Below are positions 38,665-48,000 of a stretch of 64,000 nucleotides of DNA, piece after piece. The notes under the pieces are model-generated. The model did not search any database and was not told the DNA's origin. It saw nothing but the letters and a program-made list of their open reading frames with translations. The first letter of the stretch is position 1, and the number at the start of each line of letters is the position of its first letter. A program made the translations under genes and the position numbers. This stretch comes from a bacterium. GTDB lineage: Bacteria > Electryoneota > AABM5-125-24 > Hatepunaeales > Hatepunaeaceae. Location of the stretch: the NCBI GenBank assembly GCA_025774605.1, contig JALGVR010000001.1, positions 2,634 through 66,633 on the forward strand. Reading direction: 5' to 3'.

Positions 38665-39843
38665 ATGCCCCTGACCTGCTGTGGCATTAACCATCGTACA
38701 GGCTCCCTCGCAGACAGGGAGCCTTTTCAGCTTCAACGCGGCGAACTGGCTCAGGCGACGCTTGACTTCAAACGGATCTCCGGCGTGGAGGAGCTGGTCG
38801 TCCTGGCGACATGCAACCGCGTCGAGTTCTACTGCCGCGGCGCCGAAAAGCCCGACCCGAGGAATTCAATCATCGAGTTCTTTCGGCGGCGCGGCGTCGG
38901 GCAGCCGGAGCGGCTGCGACAGCATTGGTTCTTCCGTCAGGGAACGAGTGTAGCGCGGCATCTGTTCAAGGTGGCGTCAGGGCTCGACTCGCCGCTGCTT
39001 GGCGAGTATCAGGTTCTCGGTCAGGTCAGGGACGCTTACAGCCTTGGTTGTTCAGTCAGCGGTCCGGGCAAGTTTCTGCACAAGCTCTTTCACCATGCCT
39101 TCCAGATCGCCAAGCGGGTTCATTCAGAAACCGGGATAGGCGCAGGAGTTCAGGGTTTGGCGGGCGCTTCCCTGGAGCTGGTCAGGAAGCGGTTCGATGG
39201 TGAGCTTGCCGGCAGGCGGGCTCTGATCGTCGGCGTCAACAGCTCCACGGAGATGCTGTTGTCGCGGCTCGTGCGAGAGGGAGTTGATGTCACCGTCGCC
39301 AACAGGACCGTGTACAGCGCCGAGAAGATTGTCCGACCGTTCAACTCGACGGCAATCGCTCTTGATGATATGGATGAAGCGCTCAATACGGTTGACATGC
39401 TGTTCAGCGCCACATCCACCCCCGATTTCATGGTCGAGCCGGAGAGACTTTTACAGCGGGATCCCGGGCGTATGCTGGTCGCGGTGGACCTGGCGATTCC
39501 ACGCGACATAGACCCGCGTGTCGGGGATAACGAGCGTGTATTTCTGCTTGACCTCGACGACCTGAAGCATTACCTTGATTCCGTGCGGGAGGAGCGTGCG
39601 ACTGATCTGCCCTACGCGTTGGAACTGATCGAGGAGCAGGTCAAGGCTTACGAATTCTGGCGACGCAACACCGTTAAGGGTGGAAACAGCGCGCTGAGAC
39701 AGATACTGGAGCAGGACCGCCGGGACATCCTGTCCAAGTTCAGGGAAGGCTTCCGCCGCGGTGACCTGAAGGCGCTCGACGCGCTCACCAAGAACCTCTA
39801 CCGGCAATTCCTCCGCAGGATGAACAACTCCAGCGCTGATTGA
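38665..39843 (+). CDS. hemA: Glutamyl-tRNA reductase.
   Basis: LATCNRVEFY active-site Cys region, GEYQVLGQVRDAY, and an NADPH-binding domain. Confidence 0.85.
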   Translation: MPLTCCGINHRTGSLADREPFQLQRGELAQATLDFKRISGVEELVVLATCNRVEFYCRGAEKPDPRNSIIEFFRRRGVGQPERLRQHWFFRQGTSVARHLFKVASGLDSPLLGEYQVLGQVRDAYSLGCSVSGPGKFLHKLFHHAFQIAKRVHSETGIGAGVQGLAGASLELVRKRFDGELAGRRALIVGVNSSTEMLLSRLVREGVDVTVANRTVYSAEKIVRPFNSTAIALDDMDEALNTVDMLFSATSTPDFMVEPERLLQRDPGRMLVAVDLAIPRDIDPRVGDNERVFLLDLDDLKHYLDSVREERATDLPYALELIEEQVKAYEFWRRNTVKGGNSALRQILEQDRRDILSKFREGFRRGDLKALDALTKNLYRQFLRRMNNSSAD

Positions 39844-40092
39844 GATCCGTCCGATGCCCTGTGTGTCCGGAGGTGGTTTTTCAGCGTTTTATTTATGGGG
39901 CGGCACTCGGGGTGATTATATCGAACGGGGCGCTTGACATCGCATTTCGCACTTACCAAGGGATTGCAGTTAACGGTGAACTTTGACGATCCCCCGCATT
40001 CTCCCTTACGTCAATGGGGGGGGGGTGTACAAATGCAGAGAACAATCTGCCCCCATTAATATTTCGGGGGCAACTTATGGTTCCATTTCCAC

Positions 40093-40226
40093 ATGTCATT
40101 CTGAACTAAGTCATAACATTCTGAACGAAATCATAACATTCTGAATTAATCGTGTCATTCTGAACGAAGTGAAGAATCTCATTTCCTTCCATCGGGAAGA
40201 TCCTTCGCTGCGTTCAGGGCGACAAT
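40093..40226. repeat. Family-A repeat cluster: about 19-bp tandem units (cattctgaac-Naa-Ntcataa x3), then an inverted pair gtcattctgaacgaagtgaagaatctc ... ccttcgctgcgttcagggcgac with an internal palindromic loop.
   Basis: Seen directly. Homologous to 5985-6118. Confidence 0.7.
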
Positions 40227-40274
40227 ACAGTCAACCGCCCCCATTATTAACAATATAACTTATAGAAGCGAGTC

Positions 40275-40916
40275 ATGTACCTTCCTCTCTTTTTTAATGC
40301 CGACCTGACGAACTGCCTGGTTATCGGCGGAGGTGATGTGGCTCTCCGCAAGATAGAAGTATTGCTGAAAGCCGGCTGTAATCTCCTGGTCATCTCACCG
40401 CGGACTGTCGCCGGGATATCGGAACTCATCAGGGACGGGAAGGTCGCCCATCTGCGCCGGAAATACGAATATGGCGACTGTATGGGTAATCAGTTGATAA
40501 TTTCGGCAACAAGCGACAGTGAAGTAAATACGCAGGTTTCTGAGGAGGCGCGCGCCCTGGGCATACCGGTAAACGTTGTGGACGAACCTGATCTCTGCAG
40601 CGTGATTTTCCCGGCGATCGAACGGGATGAACCGCTGACGATCGCGGTCAGCACCGGTGGCAGGGCTCCGTTCATGGCTGCTGAACTGCGTGACAGGCTG
40701 AGGGGGACGGTTAAGGGGTGGGGCAGATGGGTCGAGATCGCCGGGGAGTTCAGGGAGTCGGTCAGAAAAGCCGTTACGGAACCGGCTGAGCGCGGCGGAT
40801 TGTACCGCAGGTTCGTTGCCGCGGGGATGCCTCCCGATGAGGTAGCGCCCCCCGAAGATCCCGACCTTGACAGGTGGATGGACTGGCTGCAAAGACTTGA
40901 GGACATGAACAGATGA
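40275..40916 (+). CDS. sirC: Precorrin-2 dehydrogenase / sirohydrochlorin ferrochelatase (CysG N-terminal domain type; SirC/Met8-like).
   Basis: NAD-binding LVIGGGDVALRKIEVLLKAGC plus the CysG_N dimerisation region. 213 aa. Confidence 0.75.
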   Translation: MYLPLFFNADLTNCLVIGGGDVALRKIEVLLKAGCNLLVISPRTVAGISELIRDGKVAHLRRKYEYGDCMGNQLIISATSDSEVNTQVSEEARALGIPVNVVDEPDLCSVIFPAIERDEPLTIAVSTGGRAPFMAAELRDRLRGTVKGWGRWVEIAGEFRESVRKAVTEPAERGGLYRRFVAAGMPPDEVAPPEDPDLDRWMDWLQRLEDMNR

Positions 40917-42460
40917 GCCGTGACACCTCGGAAACTGGAACCATTTACCTGGTGGGCGCAGGCCCGGGACATCCCGGCTTGATAACCAGGCTCGGTCACC
41001 AACTGTTGCAGGATTGCGACGCGGTGGTTTACGACGACCTGGCTCCGTATGAGCTGGTCGCCGAGCTGCCGCCGAATATCGTCAGGTATTACGTGGGTAA
41101 ACGCGCCGGCAGGCATTCCCAGCCGCAGAAGGAGACCAACAGCCTGCTGATCAGCCTGGCGGAAAAGGGGCTGAACGTGGTCAGGTTGAAGGGCGGCGAT
41201 CCGTTCATCTTCGGCAGGGGCGGTGAGGAGGTAACCAGGCTCAAGGAGGCGGGGGTGCCCTTCCGGATCGTTCCCGGCGTGACGGCGGTCACAGCTGTCG
41301 CTGCGGGCGCCGGCATTCCGCTGACCGACCGGCGGGATGCAGCATGGCTGCTGATGGCGACAGGTCATGAAGCTGCTTCTGCGTCGCTGCCGGTACCGTG
41401 GGAGGAGATCGCCGCACTCAGGGGGGGGACAGTGGTGATTTACATGGGTGTCGGCGCATTGCCGGAGATTGTGAAACGGTTGATATCGGGTGGAGCGGCG
41501 CCGGATACTCATGCGGCGGTGGTCGTCAGCGGTTATACGGGCGCTCAGCGGATTGTTACTGCGGAGCTCGCCGATCTGCCGCGATCCTGCGCGGAGCAGG
41601 ATGTGCAACCGCCGGCGCTGGTGATACTTGGTGACGTGGTGAAGCGGATGGATGGGGTGGGCTGGATGCAGCCGGGTGTGCTGGCCGGCAGGAGGATACT
41701 GATTACTCGACCATACGAGGCTTCCGCCGAAATCTGCGGCATACTGCGCAAGTATGGCGCCGAGCCGCTGCCGTTGCCGACCATTGAAATCCGACCGTTT
41801 GAGGATGTTCCGGGCTGGGACGGCTTTGAACGGTCGTCGGGGCGTCACGGCTGGATTGTTTTCACCAGCCGCGCCGGCGTCCAACATTTCCTGGATGGTT
41901 TATCACGGCGCGGTCATGATCTGCGCTCCCTGCATGATCTTGAGATTGCCGCGGTCGGACCGGGAACCGCTGGTGCTTTGTGGGAGAGGGGACTGAAAGC
42001 CGGTTTGGTCCCGACTGTCGCCACGGTGGAGCGGTTGGCCGAGGAGTTAACCGCGGAAAAGAACCTGCGTGGAGCGGTTGTCGTAAGGGTTCGCGGCGAT
42101 CTAAGCGATGATACGATCGAGAAAGCCGTCGCTTCGAAGGGGGCAGGGATTGTCCGGTTGACGGTCTATCGCACCATGACCCCCGAATGGGAGCCGCACT
42201 GGGTGGAGAACGTCAAGGAATATCCCCCGGATTACATCACTTTCACGAGTGGCTCGACGGTTGACGGGTTCGTCAAAATCCTCGGTCGGGGAGAGGCGTT
42301 GTCGGTGGCTGCGCGGTCGAAGGTCGTATCAATCGGTCCCGTGACGACAAAGGTGATCGAGGATTATGGTATGGAAGTCGCGGCGGAAGCCGCATTGCAC
42401 ACTCAGGAAGGGGTGGTGAAGGCGATTCTTCTTCTGGGGAGGCCGGTCACTCCTGTCTGA
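40913..42460 (+). CDS. cobA/hemD: Bifunctional uroporphyrinogen-III C-methyltransferase / uroporphyrinogen-III synthase (CobA-HemD fusion).
   Basis: The N-terminal SUMT shows VYLVGAGPGHPGLITR and GGDPFIFGRGGEE. The C-terminal roughly 250 aa are HemD-like. 4-bp overlap with sirC. Confidence 0.85.
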   Translation: MSRDTSETGTIYLVGAGPGHPGLITRLGHQLLQDCDAVVYDDLAPYELVAELPPNIVRYYVGKRAGRHSQPQKETNSLLISLAEKGLNVVRLKGGDPFIFGRGGEEVTRLKEAGVPFRIVPGVTAVTAVAAGAGIPLTDRRDAAWLLMATGHEAASASLPVPWEEIAALRGGTVVIYMGVGALPEIVKRLISGGAAPDTHAAVVVSGYTGAQRIVTAELADLPRSCAEQDVQPPALVILGDVVKRMDGVGWMQPGVLAGRRILITRPYEASAEICGILRKYGAEPLPLPTIEIRPFEDVPGWDGFERSSGRHGWIVFTSRAGVQHFLDGLSRRGHDLRSLHDLEIAAVGPGTAGALWERGLKAGLVPTVATVERLAEELTAEKNLRGAVVVRVRGDLSDDTIEKAVASKGAGIVRLTVYRTMTPEWEPHWVENVKEYPPDYITFTSGSTVDGFVKILGRGEALSVAARSKVVSIGPVTTKVIEDYGMEVAAEAALHTQEGVVKAILLLGRPVTPV

Positions 42461-42503
42461 CCAATGCACAGACATCAGATCCCGTTGGGCATGGGGGGAA
42501 AGT

Positions 42504-42701
42504 TCAAGCTTCACTAAGAAATTCCTTCTTGAACTTTTCCCATGATACCGTTTGCCTTTCCCGAAACTCCTTGCGCGCCTTTTCAACGTCGCGCTTAAGT
42601 GTGGGATCTGAGAGTATCTCGAGTGTGTCCAACAAGTCCTGGTATTCGTCCAAGGGAACACCCACGACCGGCTTGTCGCATTTGATGGTTAATGTGGGCA
42701 T
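42504..42701 (-). CDS. Phd/YefM-like type II antitoxin (copy 1; orphan, with only a remnant of its toxin downstream).
   Basis: 65 aa, MPTLTIKCDKPVVGV...LEILSDPTLKRDVEKA. A paralog of 43512-43709. The degenerate relE-like start (VKLEL...) lies at 42440-42500 with no intact ORF. Confidence 0.55.
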   Translation of the reverse strand: MPTLTIKCDKPVVGVPLDEYQDLLDTLEILSDPTLKRDVEKARKEFRERQTVSWEKFKKEFLSEA

Positions 42702-42715
42702 TGAGCCTCCAGGTC

Positions 42716-42937
42716 TTAATGTTCTAACAACCGCAATAAATCATCCCTTGTCAGTCCCGCCTGGTGCAAAATCCCAAGTAAGGTGCCCGGCGAGAGATCT
42801 TTATGTAAAGGAATGACGACTCGGAATCCGCCTTTACGCAAGCTCACATGACTGCCCTTCTGACGCACTTTCTTGAAACCGTCATTGGTCAAAGCGCGTA
42901 TCAGATCATCGCCGGAAAGAACCGGCAGCTTAGGCAT
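42716..42937 (-). CDS. hicA: HicA-family toxin (mRNA interferase, YcfA-like).
   Basis: MPKLPVLSGDDLIRALTNDGFKKVRQKGSHVSLRK...GTLLGILHQAGL is the typical HicA pattern. Overlaps the hicB end. Confidence 0.65.
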   Translation of the reverse strand: MPKLPVLSGDDLIRALTNDGFKKVRQKGSHVSLRKGGFRVVIPLHKDLSPGTLLGILHQAGLTRDDLLRLLEH

Positions 42938-43154
42938 GAGCGGGAACTCTAATGGGATAGAGAGCCACAACGGACTCCGTCACCGGCAGGTCCTCGTCGC
43001 CGAAGCTCTCAAGATAGAGCTCCACCGCCTCTTGGAGGTTGGCTTGCGCCTCCTCGATGGTTTTCCCCTGGCTCACCACCCCCAGCTCAAGACATCGCGC
43101 CACGAACCAACGTTTCTCCTTAGTGATGATTGATGTAAGTTCATTGCTCTTCAT
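42930..43154 (-). CDS. hicB: HicB-family antitoxin (UPF0150).
   Basis: 74 aa. EEAQANLQEAVELYLE motif of HicB N-domain-only antitoxins. Gene order hicB-hicA with an 8-bp overlap. Confidence 0.6.
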   Translation of the reverse strand: MKSNELTSIITKEKRWFVARCLELGVVSQGKTIEEAQANLQEAVELYLESFGDEDLPVTESVVALYPIRVPAHA

Positions 43155-43191
43155 TTTGATCCCTTGTCGGATTTAATGGTTATTGTGGGCA
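43150..43191 (-). other. 13-codon remnant/leader ORF (MPTITIKSDKGSK*) identical to the N-terminus of the phd-like antitoxins. Its stop overlaps the hicB ATG (ATGA).
   Basis: Seen directly. It shares the promoter/RBS block with antitoxin copy 2 (about 75 bp near-identical, A vs C copies). Confidence 0.5.
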
Positions 43192-43241
43192 TTGAGCCTC
43201 CAAATTTGGTGGGACGGGTATTACTGGCTTTCGTTTATGGC

Positions 43242-43268
43242 GCTGTTAAAGATCTCATTTGACAGCAC
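43242..43268. promoter_or_regulatory. Palindromic putative operator (gctgtTaaagAtctcAtttgacagcac) upstream of the leader/hicBA transcription unit.
   Basis: A near-identical perfect palindrome GCTGTCAAAGG-TCTC-CTTTGACAGC lies at 43761-43787 upstream of antitoxin copy 2. This placement is typical of antitoxin autorepression sites. Confidence 0.5.
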
Positions 43269-43270
43269 TA

Positions 43271-43522
43271 TTAATATATATCCTTACGATCACCTATTTC
43301 CAAGACCAGCACTTCCGGTTTTTTACGGTAAATGCGGTACAGAATGCGCCAATCACCCACCCGCCAGGATCGAACGCCGAGGTAAACACCATCCAGAGCT
43401 TTCCCTTGATAAGGATCTGCAGCGATTTCAAGAAGAGCGGCGCGAAGCCTCTGGGCGAGTGCAGGATTGTTCTTCATCTTCTTTAGCTGGCGCGCCACCT
43501 TGGAGGAAATTTTAAGCTTCAC
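43271..43522 (-). CDS. RelE/ParE-family toxin.
   Basis: 83 aa. ...GDWRILYRIYRKKPEVLVLEIGDRKDIY C-terminus typical of the RelE/ParE superfamily. Overlaps the upstream antitoxin by 11 bp. Confidence 0.7.
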   Translation of the reverse strand: MKLKISSKVARQLKKMKNNPALAQRLRAALLEIAADPYQGKALDGVYLGVRSWRVGDWRILYRIYRKKPEVLVLEIGDRKDIY

Positions 43523-43709
43523 TCATCTCCCTGCGCCAGAATTCCTCAAAGTCGATGCTTTTCCCATCCTCGTGCTCTTTGATAGCCGCGCGGATGTCGC
43601 TCATGAGCCGGCGGTTGGAGAGAACCTCGATGGTCTCCCTGAGAGCGTCATACTCATCTGAGGGGATAACCACAACCGGCTTGTCGGATTTGATGGTTAT
43701 TGTGGGCAT
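43512..43709 (-). CDS. Phd/YefM-like antitoxin (copy 2, paired with the RelE/ParE toxin). The start was moved to MPTITIKSDK.
   Basis: 65 aa, paralogous to 42504-42701. Confidence 0.65.
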   Translation of the reverse strand: MPTITIKSDKPVVVIPSDEYDALRETIEVLSNRRLMSDIRAAIKEHEDGKSIDFEEFWRREMSEA

Positions 43710-43760
43710 TGAGCCTCCAAATTCAAGTGGGACGGGCATTCCTGGCTGTCGCCTTATTGT

Positions 43761-43787
43761 GCTGTCAAAGGTCTCCTTTGACAGCAC
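43761..43787. promoter_or_regulatory. Perfect palindromic putative operator GCTGTCAAAGG-TCTC-CTTTGACAGC upstream of the phd-relE pair.
   Basis: Seen directly. A second copy is at 43242-43268. Confidence 0.5.
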
Positions 43788-43809
43788 TTTTAGAAGGCGT
43801 TTGACGCCA

Positions 43810-44802
43810 TTACATATGGTAACCTGTGAGTTCCTTCAGGTACAGAGCCCTCTCGTATGCCGCCGGTTCGGCAACCGATTTCTGACTCATCGAACCTTTG
43901 ACCTGGCTGATTGAGACATAATCGTGCTTCTTAAACCAGGTTGTAATATAGTCCAGCACCGTCTCCAGGTAATCGATACCGTTCTTTATCAGTGCGCTGC
44001 ACATCATGGTAGCGTCAGCCCCCGCCATCAAAAGTTTGATTGCGTCGGCAGCGGTGTGAACGCCACCGGTGGCTGCCATCGATAAGTTCACCCGGCCGTA
44101 TAGAATCGAGATCCAGCGCTGCGCCAGATGACTTGTACCGGTGTGGCTGAGGGAGATGCCTGATTTAACCCTCAGGTTTTCGATGTCGATGTCCGGCTGG
44201 TAGAAGCGGTTGAACATCACCAGACCGTTGGCGCCCGCCTCCAGGAAACGGCTTGCCATGGCGGGAATCGAGGTGAAGAACGGGTGAATCTTAACCGCCA
44301 CGGGTATTTTAACCTCAGGCTTCACTGCCTTCAGAACGTCGATGTAGTCGTCCTCCAACCGCGCGCCCTCGACATCGGGGTCGGTGGCGATGTAGTAGAG
44401 ATTGAGCTCGACTGCATCAGCACCAGCCTCTTCGATCTTGCCTGCATATTTGATCCAGCCTCCGGTCGATACGCCGTTGAGACTGCCGATCACGGGAATA
44501 TCAACCGCACCCTTAACCCTCTGTAGATGCTCGAGATATTCCTCACCGTCCAAACGGTAGCTTTCCGGTTCGGGGAAGTAACTGAGCGCTTCAGCGAAGC
44601 TGTCGGTGCCCTGGGTTGTGTGATAGTGGTGCTCCAGCGCCTCGTTGGTGATCTGCTCCTTAAAACAGTGAATGAAGAACAACAGCCGCTGCGCCCGCAT
44701 CCTCCATACGCTTGATGTTGTCCAGCGAGGTCATCAGCGGCGAAGCTGAAGGTACCAGGGGATTTTTTGCGGCAAGCCAAGATATTCTGTTGAAAGATCC
44801 AT
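43810..44802 (-). pseudogene. Dihydroorotate dehydrogenase-like (PyrD-family, TIM-barrel) gene. It is interrupted by two frameshifts at homopolymer runs (A6 at about 44765, T4 at about 44690) near the 5' end.
   Basis: The body (43810-44700) is an intact DHOD-like ORF. The expected N-terminus [54 protein letters not shown] is recovered only by switching frames twice. Confidence 0.5.
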
Positions 44803-44940
44803 TTGAATCCTGTGTAAGTTTTGAAAGTATAGGATTGCGAAGTCATTACAGATTATTTCATAGAACTCGGGTGTGTCCATGCTACCCGAAGGTGAGACAC
44901 GGGCAGCAGAGCTACCCGTGCCACACTGTCGGATATATCT

Positions 44941-45016
44941 GGACGACTGAAGTCGTCCCTCCCCTTATAATGGGGAACAACTATGCAATGGGGAGCGCCG
45001 ACTTCAGTCGGCGTCC
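44941..45016. repeat. Family-B MITE-like element: 24-27-bp inverted repeats ggacgactgaagtcgtccctcccc ... ggggagcgccgacttcagtcggcgtcc, each itself palindromic, separated by about 25 bp.
   Basis: A second full copy lies at 57610-57682 in inverted order. A half-copy lies at 12729-12755. Confidence 0.65.
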
Positions 45017-45043
45017 TTGGGGCGTCGCATAAACTCTGTTTCC

Positions 45044-48000
45044 CTACTCCTTTTCAGCGGCGGTTTCGTTGCTGAAGTCGAGCTTCGAAAGCTGTTCGTA
45101 GTATCTCCAGCGCGCCAGCGTATCCTTCTGGAAATAGTCGGATAGTTCCTTTGCCCGTTCGGGTTTGAACCTGGTCAGCATTTTGAAGCGCGTCTCGCTG
45201 TAAGCGAAATCCTTGACCGGAATTGATGGCGGCTTGGAGTCCAGCTTCAGCGGATTCTTGCCTTCCTTTGCCAGGTCGGGATTGTAGCGGTACAGCGGCC
45301 AGACGCCACTGTTGACAGCCAAAACCTGGTGCTCCATCCCTTTCCCCATGTCGATGCCGTGGGCGATGCAGTGGCTGTATGCGATGATCAGCGAGGGACC
45401 GTCGTAGTTCTCCGCTTCGATTAACGCCCGGACGCACTGCCCGTCATTGGCGCCCATTGCGACCTGCGCGACATAGACATGCCCGTAGTTGATGGCCATC
45501 ATGCCCAGGTCCTTGCGCGGGATGGGCTTGCCTGATGCGGCAAATTTTGCCACTGCGCTGAGTGGTGTTGCCTTCGAACATTGACCGCCGGTGTTGGAGT
45601 AGACGCCGGTGTCGAGCACCAGGAGATTCACGTTCCTGCCCATCGCCAGAACGTGGTCGAGACCGCCGTAGCCGATATCGTAAGCCCAGCCGTCACCACC
45701 CATCCCCCAGACGCTCTTCCTGACAAGTGCATCACAGACCTCGAGCAGATGTTTCGCCTCCCAGCTATCGATCTTCTGAAGTTTCTTCTTCAGAATCGCC
45801 ACACGATTGCGCTGTTCGTTGATCTCCGCTTCATCAACCTGCCTGCACTCGCGCAGAGCATCTGCAAGCTCACCGCCGATCTCGTCGCGCAGCCTGTCCA
45901 TCAGCTCAAATGAAAACTCGCGGTGTTTGTCGATGGTCAGGCGCAGACCGAGAGCAAACTCCGCCGTATCCTCGAAGAGCGAATTGTTCCAGGTCGGGCC
46001 AAGTCCGTCCTTATTGACCGCCCAGGGGGTTGTCGGCAGGTTGCCGCCGTATATCGATGAGCAGCCGGTGGCGTTGCCGATTATGGCGCGGTCACCGAAG
46101 AGCTGACTGACCAGCTTGACGTAGGGAGTTTCGCCGCAGCCGGCGCAGGCGCCGGAGAATTCAAACAACGGCTCGAGAAACTGCGAACCCTTAACCGAAT
46201 TGATCCTGACCTTGGTGCGGTCGACAACCGGCAGGCTGAGGTAAAACTTGAAATTCTCACGCTCCGTCTCCCTGAGCGGCGGCTGAGGCGCCATGTTCAA
46301 AGCCTTGCGCTTCGGTTCCTTCTTGTCCTTGACCGGACAGACTTCAACGCAGATGGTGCAGCCGGTGCAGTCTTCCGGCGCGACCTGTACGGTGTATTTC
46401 ATTCCCTTGAAGTCCTTCGCCTTGTAATCGGCCGACTTGAATGTCGGGGGGGCGTCTCTGAGCAATTCCGGATCATAGACCTTGTGCCTGATCGCCGCAT
46501 GGGGACAGGCGATGATGCACTTGCCGCACTGCGTGCAGAGATCCGCTTCCCAGACCGGGATTTCAAGGGCAATGTTGCGCTTCTCCCACTGCGTCGAAGC
46601 TGTCTGAAAGATCCCGTCCACCGGAAAGGCGCTGACCGGCAGGGTGTCACCATTGTTGGATATGATCGTGCCCAGGACATCCCGCACGTATTGCGGGGCT
46701 TCATCGGATACCGGTGGCGGCTGCTCGAAATCGGACGTTACGTGATCCGGCACGGGAACTTCATGCATGTGCGCCACAGCCTGGTCGACGGCGTTGAAGT
46801 TCATCTGCACGATCTTATCGCCCTTGGCGCCGTAAGTCTTCTTGATCGATTCCTTAATGTGTTCGATTGCTTCATCACGGGGAAGAATTCCAGAGATGGC
46901 GAAGAAACAGGTCTGCATGATCGTGTTGACACGTTCACCCATGCCGGTCTCGCGTGCAACCTTGTAAGCGTCGATCACGTAGAATTTCATCTTTTTGTCG
47001 ATAATCGTCCGCTGGAACGAGCGCGGCAGCGTATCCCAGACCTTGTCCGGCGGCGCGTAGCTGTTCAGCAGGAAGGTTGCTCCGTCCACCGCCGTTGACA
47101 GCATGTCGTATTTCTCGAGAAACACGGTCTGGTGACAGGCGATGAAGTTGGCTTTGTGCACCAGATAAGTTGAACGAATCGGAGCCGGTCCGAAACGGAG
47201 ATGCGATACGGTGATCGCGCCGGACTTCTTCGAATCATAGACAAAGTAGCCTTGGGCGAAGTTATCAGTTCCTTCGCCGATTATCTTGATCGAGTTTTTA
47301 TTTGCCCCGACAGTACCATCAGCGCCCAGACCATAGAACAGGCATCGTTTAACGTCGTCACCCTCGACGGAGAAGTCGTGGTCATAATCGAGGCTGAGGT
47401 GTGTAACGTCGTCCTCGATGCCGACGGTAAAGCGACGTTTCGGGTTGTCCTTCTTAAGTTCGTCGAAGACCGCCTTGACCATTGCCGGAGTGAACTCCTT
47501 GGATGAGAGCCCGTACCGCCCGCCGATGATCTTGGGGAAGGTCTTCCAGGGGGGCGTGTCAGACATCGATTCGGATATTGCGGTGACCACGTCCTTATAG
47601 AGCGGTTCACCGTCGGCGCCCGGCTCCTTGGTGCGGTCGAGAACCGCGATGGACTGCGTTGTCACGGGCAGCGCACCGATGAAGTGTTTCACTGAAAACG
47701 GTCTGAACAGCCTGACCTTGATGACGCCGACCTTCTCGCCTGTGCCGACAAGGTAGTCTACGGTTTCATGGGCGGCTTCGACGCCGGAACCCATCAGCAC
47801 GATGATCCTCTCGGCTTCAGGGTGCCCCACGTAATCGAACAGGTTATAGCGGCGACCGACGACCTTATGGAAGCGGTCCATGACCTTCTGGACGATGTCC
47901 GGAGCCGCTTCATAGAAAGGATTGATACGCTCGCGCGCCTGGAAGAACACATCCGGGTTCTGGGAAGATCCCCGCAATTCCGGCTTTTCGGGTCTCATGC

